A stretch of 64,000 nt of DNA from Vicinamibacterales bacterium (GTDB taxonomy: Bacteria > Acidobacteriota > Vicinamibacteria > Vicinamibacterales > JAMQPK01). This document shows, piece after piece, positions 46,540 to 56,546 of the stretch (positions are counted from its first letter, which is position 1; every line of letters begins with the position of its first letter). The position numbers and the translations under genes were made by a program. The notes below the pieces were generated by a model, which saw nothing but the letters and a program-made list of their open reading frames with translations, was not told the DNA's origin and ran no database searches. Where the stretch lies: assembly GCA_963802345.1 (NCBI GenBank), contig CAWDIK010000008.1:161118-225117 (forward strand). Reading direction: 5' to 3'.

Positions 46540-46932
46540 TTACGGACCGGAACTCACAATCAGCTGATCGCCGACCTCAGTTTCGGAGCTGCTCAGCGAA
46601 CCGGCGGCGAGCTCGAGAACCGCGTATGCGCGCAACGACGCCGTCATCCGCCACGCAGGCACAGCGGATCGGATTTTCAGGACGCGGCCGGCCTTCGACA
46701 CAAATACGATGTCAATCGGGAACTTCATGAAAAAGGTGTGGATCGCGTTGGTCGGCGCGATCACCATGGCAGTCGACGGCGGCAGCGAGGTGTGCGCGAG
46801 GAGCCCTTTGCGTCTCGTTTCGGAATCGAATGCCGTCATCAATTGATCGGCAACGACCTTTCCGGTCCGGACGTTGACGATGCGCTGGCGGTCGTGCCGC
46901 TCACGAAGCAGCGGCTGAAGAAACGACGTCAT
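46540..46932 (-). CDS. DUF192 family protein
   Basis: RRKGLL, IHTFFMKFPIDIVF, VLELAAG motifs. Confidence 0.85.
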   Translation of the reverse strand: MTSFLQPLLRERHDRQRIVNVRTGKVVADQLMTAFDSETRRKGLLAHTSLPPSTAMVIAPTNAIHTFFMKFPIDIVFVSKAGRVLKIRSAVPAWRMTASLRAYAVLELAAGSLSSSETEVGDQLIVSSGP

Positions 46933-46938
46933 CGAACG

Positions 46939-47659
46939 TCAGCGCGCCGCAATGATCGCTGGCGTACGAAACGCGATGAGGGCGGCTTCCCGGTCAAATT
47001 CATTGGGCTCAGTTCCAATACGCGGATTCATGATCGACGCTCGCGCGTGGACGTGATTGTATCCGAGCGCGTGCCCCAGCTCGTGCGTCCGCAGCAGCCG
47101 GCGGCTCGTGCTCGCGGCGTCGAAGTCGCGGTCGAGCAGAATCGCACCTGCGGTAATCGTGCCGTCCTTCCGCGCCCGGCGGCCACCAAAACCCAGCGTG
47201 TTCACGGCGCGCCGCAGCCCGTTGAAACGGCCGGTCACGATCTGATCGGGCCGCGAGACGGTTGCCGTGGTACCCGCAGGCACGATCTCGTACCTGACGG
47301 ATGAAAACTGCTGGAACGTGTCGGCAGTGAGAACCGCGAGCCCGCCGGTCAAGTCGCGTATCAGTTCGGCGATCTCGGCCTCGCCCAACCGTTCTGACGT
47401 CGCGAGGTACTCGACGTCGCCCCCGGGCCTGTACTCCATCACCGAAACCAGAATTGTCAGCTCCGGCGCCCGCCGCCATCGCTGCGGTCCTTGCGAGCTC
47501 CCGAACATTTCCTGCAGAGCTTGAGCTGTCGCCAGGGCCCTTTCCCGCCAGAGGATCGCCAGAGCTCTCCGCAAGCGGGTGGAAATCCATCGGTGCCGAT
47601 CTCGACGAGACGGCTCCCATCAAGGCGACGAGGGCAACGCCTGCGGCAAGAAGACGCAC
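46939..47659 (-). CDS. Secreted metzincin (matrixin-like) metalloprotease (frameshifted)
   Basis: HELGHALGYNH (HExxHxxGxxH) and Met-turn SIMNP. Confidence 0.75.
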
Positions 47660-47789
47660 GCCCGGTGCGGTGCAAATTGCCGCCCGCGCTAAATCTCAAG
47701 AAATGCCAATGTTTTTGCGATCCTCATGGTGCAGCCGTGCGCCATTTTGAGTCAACGATGACAAAAGCGGCTCGGTCCGGCGCGCGCGC

Positions 47790-48781
47790 TTACCGCCTTC
47801 GCCGCCTGCGTGCCGCCATCGTGGCCAGACCGCCGCCGACGAGCAAGAGTGTGGCGGGCTCGGGGGCCGGCACCACCGGGGTCTCCAGCACCGGCACATT
47901 CGGATCGAAAGGGTCACCTGGATCGCCGGGATGTCCGGAATACCTGGATCGCCCGGATCGCCAGGAGTGTCGGGTCGTCCGGATCCTGAGGGTCATCCGG
48001 AAACGCATACGTGTTCGGCACGAACATCGGTGGAGCGTCGTTCACCGGTGGATCGGCATCGGTCAGCGAGAACAACACAATGTCGGGCACATCGCTCGAA
48101 AACTGCGACTCGTGCAGATCCGCGGCATACCCGTAGAGCGGCATGCCGAACGATCCACCACCACCCATCGCCGAGTTGCCGGCAAACGCGTCCGACGAGT
48201 AGCCCAGCAGCCAGGGCAGCGGAATGCCGGCATAGGGGCGCAACAAATCGATGCCGAGCGGCACGTGCGATTGAATCTGGTCGGCATCGTCGGTCAGCGC
48301 GTCGAACTCCATCTCGCCGGGTTCGTCGTCCGCTGTCGGCGCCATCGGGGCGAACGCGATGCAGTTGCCGCACCGCGCGCGAATATGATGGACGCCGTCG
48401 GTCAGGATCGTTTCACCTTCCCGCAGACGCACCTTCTGTTTGGTCCAGAAGATCTCCTGCCCGATGCGATACGACATGTAGACGTCGCGATCGCTCGGCA
48501 GCGTCTCCACGCGCAGCGCGCGCGGGTTCACGCCCGAATAATGGGCGGCGACGACGCCGTCTCGGTGCCATCGCCGCTTCAACTTCATCCGACGTATACG
48601 CGCCACCCGCAATGACCGAGTGGCGAAACACCGGTCGCTCGGGGAGACGCGGTTCCCGGACGGGTTGCGCGATCTCGATCGGCGGAGACGCCGGAAGATC
48701 CAGCGCCGCGACCGAGCGAATATTCGCGACGACGGCCGACAGTGCCACAAGTCCAGCGGCGAACACCAGGAACGAGAGCAT
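47790..48781 (-). CDS. PEP-CTERM sorting-domain protein (frameshifted; start may extend to about 48866)
   Basis: C-terminal APEPATLLLVGGGLATMAARRRRR; conserved-looking core RPVFRHSVIAGG..ARCGNC. Confidence 0.75.
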
Positions 48782-48881
48782 CACCGAGCCGTCGCGCGCG
48801 CGCGCGACGCCGCGGCCGCCGGTGATGCCGCGGTCGATCGTCGCGACGCAGAAACACGATGCCCATTGCGCACGCAACAAG

Positions 48882-48896
48882 GCAACGTGTGTGCCG
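48882..48896 (-). promoter_or_regulatory. Candidate sigma-54 promoter for the PEP-CTERM gene
   Basis: Minus strand CGGCACACACGTTGC fits GG-N10-GC. Confidence 0.6.
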
Positions 48897-49200
48897 CAGC
48901 AATCATCAATATAAGGATGTGTTTTCGCATCTGCGCCGCGAAGGTTTCGGTCCCCGACCAGCACAATGTCCTCTTGCGCGGCGATTTGTTCGCTCGCCGC
49001 CTCTCGACGAGCGCATCGTACTGCAAATGTGCGCTAGCGCGATCAGATTCATGTCAGACGAAATGCCACGCACTGCCCACCTTTGTCTGGTCGGGACCAG
49101 AAGCGCCGGTTGGCGGCGATGATGCGCCGGCGATCGGCGATCGGCGAAAAACGCGCAAATCCCTGAGGAAAATCGCGAATACAGCGCGTGAACGGCGATG

Positions 49201-49216
49201 TGGTACCTCGCTTGCG
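49201..49216 (+). promoter_or_regulatory. Candidate sigma-54 promoter upstream of the PilZ-like/Tad genes
   Basis: TGGTACCTCGCTTGCG fits TGGYAC-N5-TTGC. Confidence 0.55.
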
Positions 49217-49228
49217 ATGGAGGCCGCC

Positions 49229-49501
49229 GTGCACGGACGACGTCGACATCCGAGATTCTCCTTCGCAAATTCCGACGGCGTTCTCCAGGTGCTGCGAGAA
49301 GTTGCGGTGCGGCGCACGTCGACAGGAGAGCTCGTGGTGCTCGATCGCGAGCCGCGGAATGCGGACGACGTGCTGACGCTCGAAACATATGCCGACGGGG
49401 CGGCGACATCCACGCAGGTACGGGTGGTGGCGAGCACTCCCGTCATACGAAACGGACAAGTGCTTCACGAGCTGCGGCTGATCCGGCTCATCGAGGCGTA
49501 A
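49229..49501 (+). CDS. PilZ-like small protein (RxxxR motif)
   Basis: GTG start after GGAGG; RRRHPRF followed by a beta-rich domain. Confidence 0.55.
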   Translation: MHGRRRHPRFSFANSDGVLQVLREVAVRRTSTGELVVLDREPRNADDVLTLETYADGAATSTQVRVVASTPVIRNGQVLHELRLIRLIEA

Positions 49502-49518
49502 CGGTGACCGGAGAACCG

Positions 49519-49870
49519 ATGATTCGAGGATTTGAAGACCAGCGGCAAAGCCGCGAGGCCCTGGCAACACTGACGCGCCACATTCGCGTCCGCGTCCTGA
49601 ACTGCAGTGCCGACGGTTGCCTTCTCGAAACGACCGCGCCGCTTCTCGTAGGGACGATCGGGTCAGCTTCGCGTGTTGTTCGGAGGAAAAGAGTTCGACG
49701 ATCAGATTCAGGTGGTTCGGTGCGAGCACATGAAGAGCACCGATGCCATCTATCACGTCGGGGCGCGGTTTCTCAGCACGACGCCGCCCTACGCGGGAAC
49801 GCTGCGGTACACGATGCGGTGCGACGTCGGAGGATTGGCGGGCTGGCTGGATATGCGACGCGACCAGTAG
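49519..49870 (+). CDS. PilZ domain protein (frameshift near 49665)
   Basis: VLNCSADGCLLE (N/DxSxxG), VVRC..YHVGARF. Confidence 0.65.
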
Positions 49871-50055
49871 CCCGCAGCAGGTTTGTCGCGTTGCCGCACA
49901 GCCGGCGCGACGAATGGCAACAGCATGCTGTGCATCCGCGGCGCGAAAGCAGGAGCCGGTCCCATACATGGGACACCGAACGTCTAGAACGTTCAATGCA
50001 CTCCACGTCTGACGCGCCGCGGCAGTTCGTTAATCGTCAATGCTCGGAGGAGCGC

Positions 50056-50229
50056 ATGAAGAATCTCTTGGTTCGGTTCATCTCGGAGGAGCAGGGTCAG
50101 GACCTGATCGAGTACGGCCTGCTGGTGGGAATCATCACCACGGGCGCGGTGACGGCGATCACCGCCATCGGCCCCAAGGTCGCGGACTATTTCGCGGACT
50201 TGAACGGCGTACTTCCGGCGGCGGACTAG
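50056..50229 (+). CDS. flp: Flp (type IVc) pilin
   Basis: GQDLIEYGLL prepilin motif, 57 aa, RBS GGAGG. Confidence 0.92.
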   Translation: MKNLLVRFISEEQGQDLIEYGLLVGIITTGAVTAITAIGPKVADYFADLNGVLPAAD

Positions 50230-50369
50230 TAAGGGCGTTGGAAACACGTCGGCGCGGCGCCGACATCCAGGGCCGGCCCCATACATGAGGCAAAGAGCGC
50301 CATGCGCGCTCACAGACCCTGAAGACGAACGCGTCGCGCCACGATCAAGCAGACTCGGAGGAGAAGGAC

Positions 50370-50543
50370 ATGAAGAACATCATCGTTCGTTTCATTTCGG
50401 ACGATCAGGGCCAGGACCTGATCGAGTACGGCCTGCTGGTCGGGATCATCACCACAGGCGCAGTGACGGCCATCACCGCGATCGGTCCGAAGGTCGCGGA
50501 TTACTTCGCCGACCTCGACGCGGTTCTTCCGGCGGCCGACTAG
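50370..50543 (+). CDS. flp: Flp pilin, near-identical tandem copy (not in the ORF track)
   Basis: Translates to MKNIIVRFISDDQGQDLIEYGLLVGIITTGAVTAITAIGPKVADYFADLDAVLPAAD. Confidence 0.92.
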   Translation: MKNIIVRFISDDQGQDLIEYGLLVGIITTGAVTAITAIGPKVADYFADLDAVLPAAD

Positions 50544-50566
50544 AGGCGTGACTGTTTCGGCAAGTC

Positions 50567-50609
50567 GCCCGTCAGGATTCCGGCGTATCGACCGCGAATC
50601 CTGACGGGC
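50567..50609 (+). terminator. 14-bp stem hairpin after the duplicated pilins
   Basis: gcccgtcaggattc / gaatcctgacgggc; only a weak U-tract follows. Confidence 0.6.
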
Positions 50610-50625
50610 TCTTCGGGAGGTCTGA

Positions 50626-50859
50626 GTGCTCGTGAATCACAGCTCGATGCGCGCGTGGATCCGGATGGGTCGGCAGCTGATCGCCGACGAAAGCGGCCAG
50701 GACCTCATCGAGTACGGACTACTCACGGGAATCGTCGTGGCAATCGGCGTCGCGGTGTTTACGTCAATCAACGACAAGATGGCCGATGCATACGGGGACT
50801 GGGGCGCTGAGATACAAACGAACTGGGTACCTGCTCCGGCGCTGCCGCCGGAGCCATAG
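50626..50859 (+). CDS. flp: Third, divergent Flp pilin
   Basis: DESGQDLIEYGLL motif. Confidence 0.85.
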   Translation: MLVNHSSMRAWIRMGRQLIADESGQDLIEYGLLTGIVVAIGVAVFTSINDKMADAYGDWGAEIQTNWVPAPALPPEP

Positions 50860-50871
50860 GAGAGTTTCGAA

Positions 50872-51383
50872 GTGAATGCCGTTCATCTCATCGGGGTCTG
50901 CATCGCTGCCGTGGCCTGCTGCATCGATGTCCGACAGCACCGCATTCCGAACTGGCTGACGTTCGGCGCGGCCGCTGCGGGAATCATCTTCCACACGGCA
51001 GTGGGGGGCGGGTCCGGATTCGGTGGCGCGCTCGTCGGCTGGGCAACAGGCGCGGCCATCTTCTTTTTGCCATTTGCGCTCGGCGGCCTGGGCGCGGGCG
51101 ACGTCAAGCTGATCGCCGCGCTCGGCGCATGGTTCGCGTGGCCCGACGCTCTGTGGCTTGGATTGTTCACCGGCATCGCCGGTGGTGTCGTCGCGGTGGT
51201 CGTTGCGCTGGCAGAGGGTATCTCGGCCGCGCTGTGGCCAACGTGCAATTGCTGTTGATGCACTGGCGCGTGTCAGGCCTGCGCGCGCTGCCGGAGCTCA
51301 CCATCCATCATCCTGACGCACCGAAGCTGGCATATGGCGTTTCAATTTTTGCGGGAACGGTGGTGACAGTATGGCTGCGATAA
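50872..51383 (+). CDS. cpaA: A24 prepilin peptidase (TadV/CpaA), frameshift near 51220
   Basis: DVRQHRIPNWL, LGAGDVKL, C-terminal LAYGVSI. Confidence 0.88.
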
Positions 51384-51822
51384 CACATCGTCGCTCTGAA
51401 CGCGGAGCGGAGCTCGTCGAGTTCGCGCTGGTCTTTCCGCTGCTCCTCCTCGTGTCGCTCGGCATCATCGACTTCGGCCTGCTGTTTCAGCGCTATGAGG
51501 TGCTTGACCAACGCCGCCCGCGAGGGCGCGCGAGTCTCGGTCCTGCCGGGTTACGGCTCGGCGGATGTGATCGCCAGAGTCAATCAGTATCTTCAGGCGA
51601 CCAGCCTCTCAGCAGAGTCCGTCTCGACGGTCGTCGGCGCCACGCAGACGCTCGACCTCGGGGCGTCATGCGTCAGGGTGGTTCCGGTCACGGTGTCCTA
51701 CGTGCATCACCTACACGTTCGTCGGCGGCATCATCTCGTACTTCAACAAGTCACTCGGGTCGAAAACGTTGTCGGCCACGTCGTCGATGCGGCTGGAAAA
51801 CGCCGCGGCGCCGTGTCCATGA
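51371..51822 (+). CDS. tadE: TadE-like pseudopilin (frameshifted)
   Basis: GAELVEFALVFP..; TNAAREGAR. Confidence 0.85.
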
Positions 51823-51865
51823 ACACCAATCGCATGCACCACGCATCAGTTTGCAAGGAGTCAAA

Positions 51866-52717
51866 ATGAGCCGGCGAAATCGCACCATAGCTGTCGTCCT
51901 GATGTCCCTCACCATGGCGAGCGTCGCGGCGTTCGCGATGTATCAGGTCGTGCAACGACTGCCCGTTCGCGAGGTCGAGGTGGCGAACTATCACGTCGTC
52001 GTTGCCGCGAAGCCCTTGACGATGGGGGCCCGGCTGACCGAACACGATCTGAAGGTCGTGGCCTGGCCATCGAGAAATCCGGTCGCCGGTTCTCACCCGG
52101 ATCCGAAGGAGGTCGTCTCTCGCGGACTCCTGGACTCGGTCGCCGAAAACGAGCCGCTGACCGAAGACAAGCTCGCGCCGCTCGAGGCCGGCGCCGGGTT
52201 GTCGCCCTCGATTCCTGCCGGCATGCGGGCCATGTCGGTGAAGGTCAATGAAGTCGTCGGCGTCGCCGGCTTTGTCGTCCCGGGCACCAAGGTCGATGTG
52301 CTGGTAACGCTGCGGCGAAATGAAGAGTCGATGACCCGCACGGTTATCAGCAACGTCCAGGTGCTCACCGCCGGCACGCGCTACGACCAGGAGAAGGCCA
52401 AGGACGGCGAGCCGATTCCATCTACGGTCGTCACGCTGATGGTGACCCCGCAGGACGCGGAAAAGATCACGCTGGCACAAACCGAAGGCCAGGTGATGCT
52501 CGCGCTTCGCAATCCGCTGGACACAGAGCAGACGGACACGCAGGGTATCCGCAGCGCGGCGCTCCTTGGACAGCCCGCTCCGGCTCCGGTCATCAAAGTC
52601 GTGAAGGCGGCGCCGCGCGTGGTCGCCGTCCAGCCCCCGGCTCCCGCGCCCGCGCCGAAGCTGTACACGGTCGAAGCCATCCGTGCAGCCAAGCGCACCG
52701 AAGAGGTGGTCCGTTGA
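51866..52717 (+). CDS. cpaB: Flp pilus assembly protein CpaB
   Basis: SAF domain, GMRAMSVKV..GVAGFVVPG.KVDV, LALRNP. Confidence 0.92.
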   Translation: MSRRNRTIAVVLMSLTMASVAAFAMYQVVQRLPVREVEVANYHVVVAAKPLTMGARLTEHDLKVVAWPSRNPVAGSHPDPKEVVSRGLLDSVAENEPLTEDKLAPLEAGAGLSPSIPAGMRAMSVKVNEVVGVAGFVVPGTKVDVLVTLRRNEESMTRTVISNVQVLTAGTRYDQEKAKDGEPIPSTVVTLMVTPQDAEKITLAQTEGQVMLALRNPLDTEQTDTQGIRSAALLGQPAPAPVIKVVKAAPRVVAVQPPAPAPAPKLYTVEAIRAAKRTEEVVR

Positions 52718-54075
52718 AACGTCATCCAATCGCCAAGGGAAAACTCGCGCTGCTGTTCTGCGCGCTGGTGGCGGCAACTGCCATCGACACGCACGCGCAG
52801 CAAGCCGTCGCACCGGCTGTTCAGCCCACGCGCGTTCCTCTCACCGTGGGACGCTCGACGGTCCTGAACACCGACTTCGATGTCTCGCGAATCGCGGTGA
52901 CCAATCCGGCCGTCGCAGATGCCGTCGTGGTTGCGCCGCGCGAAATACTGATCGACGGCAAAGGTCCGGGAACGGTCAGCTTGATCGTCTGGGGGCCGAC
53001 GCAGCGCAGCCAGTACGACATCGTCGTCGAGCCAGGAATCAGCGTGCTCCAGCAGCAGCTTCAGCAGCTGTTTCCCGGCGAAAACATCCAGGTCGGCTTC
53101 AGCGATCAGGCCATCATCCTGTCGGGAAGCGTGTCGAGCAATGCCGTCATGCTGCGTGTCGGCGAAATCGCGCTGGCGACCTCGCCGAAGCTGAAGGTCA
53201 TCAACATGCTGCAGCTGCCTGGCGGGTCCGAGAGCCAGCAGGTGATGCTGCAGGTGCGGTTCGCCGAGGTGAATCGGCGAGCGCTTACGGAAGCCGGCGT
53301 CAACCTGTTCGCCTCAAGACCAGGCTTCGACACCCGCTCGACGACTCAGCAGTTCGCCGGACTCACCGACTTCGATGGACCAGAGGACGGGCTGGTCTTC
53401 GCCGATTTCCTGAATCTGTTCTTCTTCAGCCGGGAGCAAGGCATCGGCGCCGTCGTCAAGGCGCTCAAGCAGACCGGCCACTTCCAGAGCCTGGCCGAAC
53501 CGAATCTCATTGCCTACAACGGCCAGCCTGCGAGCTTCCTGGCCGGAGGCGAGATCCCGGTTCCCGTCGTCCAGGGCAGCACCGGAACCGTGACGGTTGA
53601 ATACAAGGAGTTCGGAGTTCGGCTGACGTTCACGCCGACGATTGCCGGCGATGTCATCCGCCTGAAGGTCCGGCCCGAAGTCAGCACGCTCGACTTCGCG
53701 AACGGCATCACGCTTTCAGGATTCCGCATCCCGGCCCTCACCACTCGCCGCGCCGAAACAGACGTCGAGCTCAGGGACGGACAGTCGTTCGCGATTGCGG
53801 GTCTGCTCGACAACATGGCGCAGGACGATCGCGCGGCGATTCCGATCCTCGGCCAGATTCCCATCATCGGCTATCTGTTCAAGAGCAAGGCTGAGCGAAA
53901 GGAACGGACGGAATTGATGGTCCTGATTACGCCGCGGCTCGTTCGTCCGCTCGATCCCGATGAAGTGCCACCGCTTCCGACGTTCCCCGGGAAGTTTCTT
54001 GACGGCAACGTAGGCGCCGCGATGGAGGGCGCAGGCACGGTGGACGCGCCGTTGCCCGCCACCAAGAAGCCGTAA
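52714..54075 (+). CDS. cpaC: Tad secretin CpaC/RcpA
   Basis: QVMLQVRFAEV, LAEPNL, FLAGGEIPVP, IPILGQIPIIGYLF, TELMVLITP. Confidence 0.93.
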   Translation: MKRHPIAKGKLALLFCALVAATAIDTHAQQAVAPAVQPTRVPLTVGRSTVLNTDFDVSRIAVTNPAVADAVVVAPREILIDGKGPGTVSLIVWGPTQRSQYDIVVEPGISVLQQQLQQLFPGENIQVGFSDQAIILSGSVSSNAVMLRVGEIALATSPKLKVINMLQLPGGSESQQVMLQVRFAEVNRRALTEAGVNLFASRPGFDTRSTTQQFAGLTDFDGPEDGLVFADFLNLFFFSREQGIGAVVKALKQTGHFQSLAEPNLIAYNGQPASFLAGGEIPVPVVQGSTGTVTVEYKEFGVRLTFTPTIAGDVIRLKVRPEVSTLDFANGITLSGFRIPALTTRRAETDVELRDGQSFAIAGLLDNMAQDDRAAIPILGQIPIIGYLFKSKAERKERTELMVLITPRLVRPLDPDEVPPLPTFPGKFLDGNVGAAMEGAGTVDAPLPATKKP

Positions 54076-54094
54076 CGCGATAAGGCTGTTGATT

Positions 54095-55372
54095 ATGAGA
54101 AGCATCATGAATCGGCGAACAGCAAACGGCGAACGTGGAGCCATCCTGGCGCAAGTCGCGATCTCCATGCTGATGCTGATGGGTTTCGCGGCGTTCGTGC
54201 TGGATTACGGTGTCGTCCTCGTCAGCCGCGGACAGGCACAGAACTCCGCGGATGCGGGTGCCCTGGCTGGTGCGATCTCCCGCGCGTTCGACGACGTCAC
54301 GAATCCACCGCCTGCGGGCGGAGTCGTCGAGCTCGCCGCAACCGACGTCGCCCAGGACAACGTTGTGTGGAATTCCGCCGGGTCCGTCGCCGTCTCGTAC
54401 GCGTGTCCGCCCGGAGTAACCGGCGGCGGCTGCGTCCGGGTTGATGTGTACCGCAACGGCGAGCTCGCCAGTCCAACGCTCCCGGTACTGTTCGCGCCTG
54501 TGCTCGGCATCACGTCGCAAGGCGTGAGGGCGACGGCGACCGCTCAGGCCACGTCCGCGAATGGAGCAGATTGCCTGAAGCCGTGGGCCGTCGCAGACAA
54601 ATGGCTCGAACGCGACGTGCCGCCATGGACACAGCTATCGACTTTCGATCCAGGGAATCCCACGACCGATGACGTGTACATACCGCCGTATTCGGCGGAT
54701 ACGACGGGGTTCAAGCGCGCAAATGCGAGCGGCAATCCCGTCGACACGGGATATCAGATGACGTTGAAGCTCGCGCATCCGGGACCGGCGCCAGGCCCGG
54801 GCACTTTCTCTTCGGGCTGGGCCATGAGCCTCTATCTGCCCAATACGAACGCTCCAGGTGAAGGTGCCACGAATTACGAGGACAACATCATCAACTGCAC
54901 GACCGCGACGATTGGCCTGGCGACTCAGGCCTCGACCTGTCCGGCAGTCGACACCGAGCATGGGTGTCTCGACGTCATGACCGGCGCGATGACCGGCAAG
55001 ACGAAATCGGGCGTCGATGCCATCGTCGCGAGAGATTCCCTCGCCTCGTGGACCGGCGGCCTCGGTGGTCACATCACCGGCGGCGACGGATTGAATGAGC
55101 GGGTCGTTCCCATCGCCTTATTTGATACGGCGCTGTATCTGAGCCAGGGCTACAACGGCACGAACGGCATCGTCAAACTCGTGGGCATACTCGGCTTCTT
55201 CGTTGAAGGACTGTGCGAGGACGGCTTCTACAAGGAAGCGTATCTGGACTGTTCGAACAACAACAAGGACGTCGTCGGCCGGCTGGTCAGCTTTCCCGGT
55301 ATTCACGTGGCGGGCGCCGGAGAGAACACCGGCGGCGCCGCATTCGGCATGGTCATTCGGCTCGTTCGATAG
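54095..55372 (+). CDS. tadG: TadG-like pilus protein
   Basis: ERGAIL..LDYG..AQNSADAGALAGA Tad N-terminal domain. Confidence 0.8.
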   Translation: MRSIMNRRTANGERGAILAQVAISMLMLMGFAAFVLDYGVVLVSRGQAQNSADAGALAGAISRAFDDVTNPPPAGGVVELAATDVAQDNVVWNSAGSVAVSYACPPGVTGGGCVRVDVYRNGELASPTLPVLFAPVLGITSQGVRATATAQATSANGADCLKPWAVADKWLERDVPPWTQLSTFDPGNPTTDDVYIPPYSADTTGFKRANASGNPVDTGYQMTLKLAHPGPAPGPGTFSSGWAMSLYLPNTNAPGEGATNYEDNIINCTTATIGLATQASTCPAVDTEHGCLDVMTGAMTGKTKSGVDAIVARDSLASWTGGLGGHITGGDGLNERVVPIALFDTALYLSQGYNGTNGIVKLVGILGFFVEGLCEDGFYKEAYLDCSNNNKDVVGRLVSFPGIHVAGAGENTGGAAFGMVIRLVR

Positions 55373-55381
55373 AGGTCTCAA

Positions 55382-56527
55382 TTGACGCATAAGGTCATTC
55401 TCGTAGCGCCCGGCGATCGCCAGCTCGCAGACACTCTGACAGCGGCGGGCGGCGATGTCACAACGGCTGCCAGTCTCGAGGCGCTGCACCTGTCGGGATC
55501 CGCAGCGCGGATGCTGGTGGTCGACATTCGAGATCAGTCGAGTGTTCCCGCGGCCGTTTCTTCGATCCGGCGCTCTCACCCATCGCTGGGCATCGTGCTG
55601 ATCGCCTCCAAGCCCGACCCGGCAATGATGCTCGACGCCATTCGCACAGGCGTGAACGAGCTGCTGACGGAGCCGGTCAACGTCGAGGATGTCCGCGCGG
55701 CGCTCGATCGCATGGCGTCACGTTCGGCGAGCCAGTCGACGAAAGCAGGCAAGACGTACGCGTTCCTCGGCGCCAAAGGCGGCGTAGGCACGACGACGGT
55801 CGCGGTGAACGTCGCGACCGCACTGTCACAAGCCAAGGCCGGACGAGTGCTCCTGATCGATCTGCATCCGGCGCACGGCGACGCCGCTCTGTTCCTCGGC
55901 GCCGAGCCGCGTTTTTCGATCATCGATGCGCTCGAGAACACGCATCGAATGGACGCCGCGTTTTTCAAAGGTCTGGTCGAACACACCAAGGCCGGGGTCG
56001 ATTTACTCGCCTCGTCCGATCGGCTTCTGGTGACGCCGGTCGACACTCAACGCGTTCGCACGCTGCTCGAGTTCGTCTCGAGGGCCTACGACCACGTCGT
56101 CGTCGACGCCCCGCGGTCCGACTCCGCAATGCTCGACGTACTCGAAAGCGCCTCGACCATCGTCATCGTCGCGAATCAGGAACTGTCGACCGTGCGCGGC
56201 GCGGCGCGCATGGCCGCTACGCTGCGGCAGCGTTACGGCCGTGAGCGGGTGCAGATCGTGGTGAGCCGGTACGACACCGTGTCCGAAATCGGGCAGGAAG
56301 ACATCGAACGCGCGACAGGCGGAGCCATTCGGCACCTGTTTCCAAGCAACTACCGGCTGGCTGTCAACGCGCTGAACAAAGGGCAGCCGATCGTCGTCGA
56401 GAACCACAACAAACTGGCGGCGTCGTTCGTCGGCTTCGCGCGCTCGCTGGCGGGAGTGGCGAAACACGCACAGATTGAGGAAGCGAAATCGGGCGGATTT
56501 TTCGGACGGCTGACCGGCAAACGTTAG
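55382..56527 (+). CDS. cpaE: CpaE/TadZ (pseudo-receiver + ParA/MinD-like ATPase)
   Basis: [10 protein letters not shown] deviant Walker A; N-terminal receiver-like domain. Confidence 0.9.
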   Translation: MTHKVILVAPGDRQLADTLTAAGGDVTTAASLEALHLSGSAARMLVVDIRDQSSVPAAVSSIRRSHPSLGIVLIASKPDPAMMLDAIRTGVNELLTEPVNVEDVRAALDRMASRSASQSTKAGKTYAFLGAKGGVGTTTVAVNVATALSQAKAGRVLLIDLHPAHGDAALFLGAEPRFSIIDALENTHRMDAAFFKGLVEHTKAGVDLLASSDRLLVTPVDTQRVRTLLEFVSRAYDHVVVDAPRSDSAMLDVLESASTIVIVANQELSTVRGAARMAATLRQRYGRERVQIVVSRYDTVSEIGQEDIERATGGAIRHLFPSNYRLAVNALNKGQPIVVENHNKLAASFVGFARSLAGVAKHAQIEEAKSGGFFGRLTGKR

Positions 56528-56546
56528 ACGGCAGGGAGACCAGGAC

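Noticed and set aside
49914-49928. Sigma-54 promoter directly upstream of the flp genes (TGGCAACAGCATGCT)
   Set aside because: Spacing is GG-N9-GC rather than N10; it could be an indel, but is not supportable as given.
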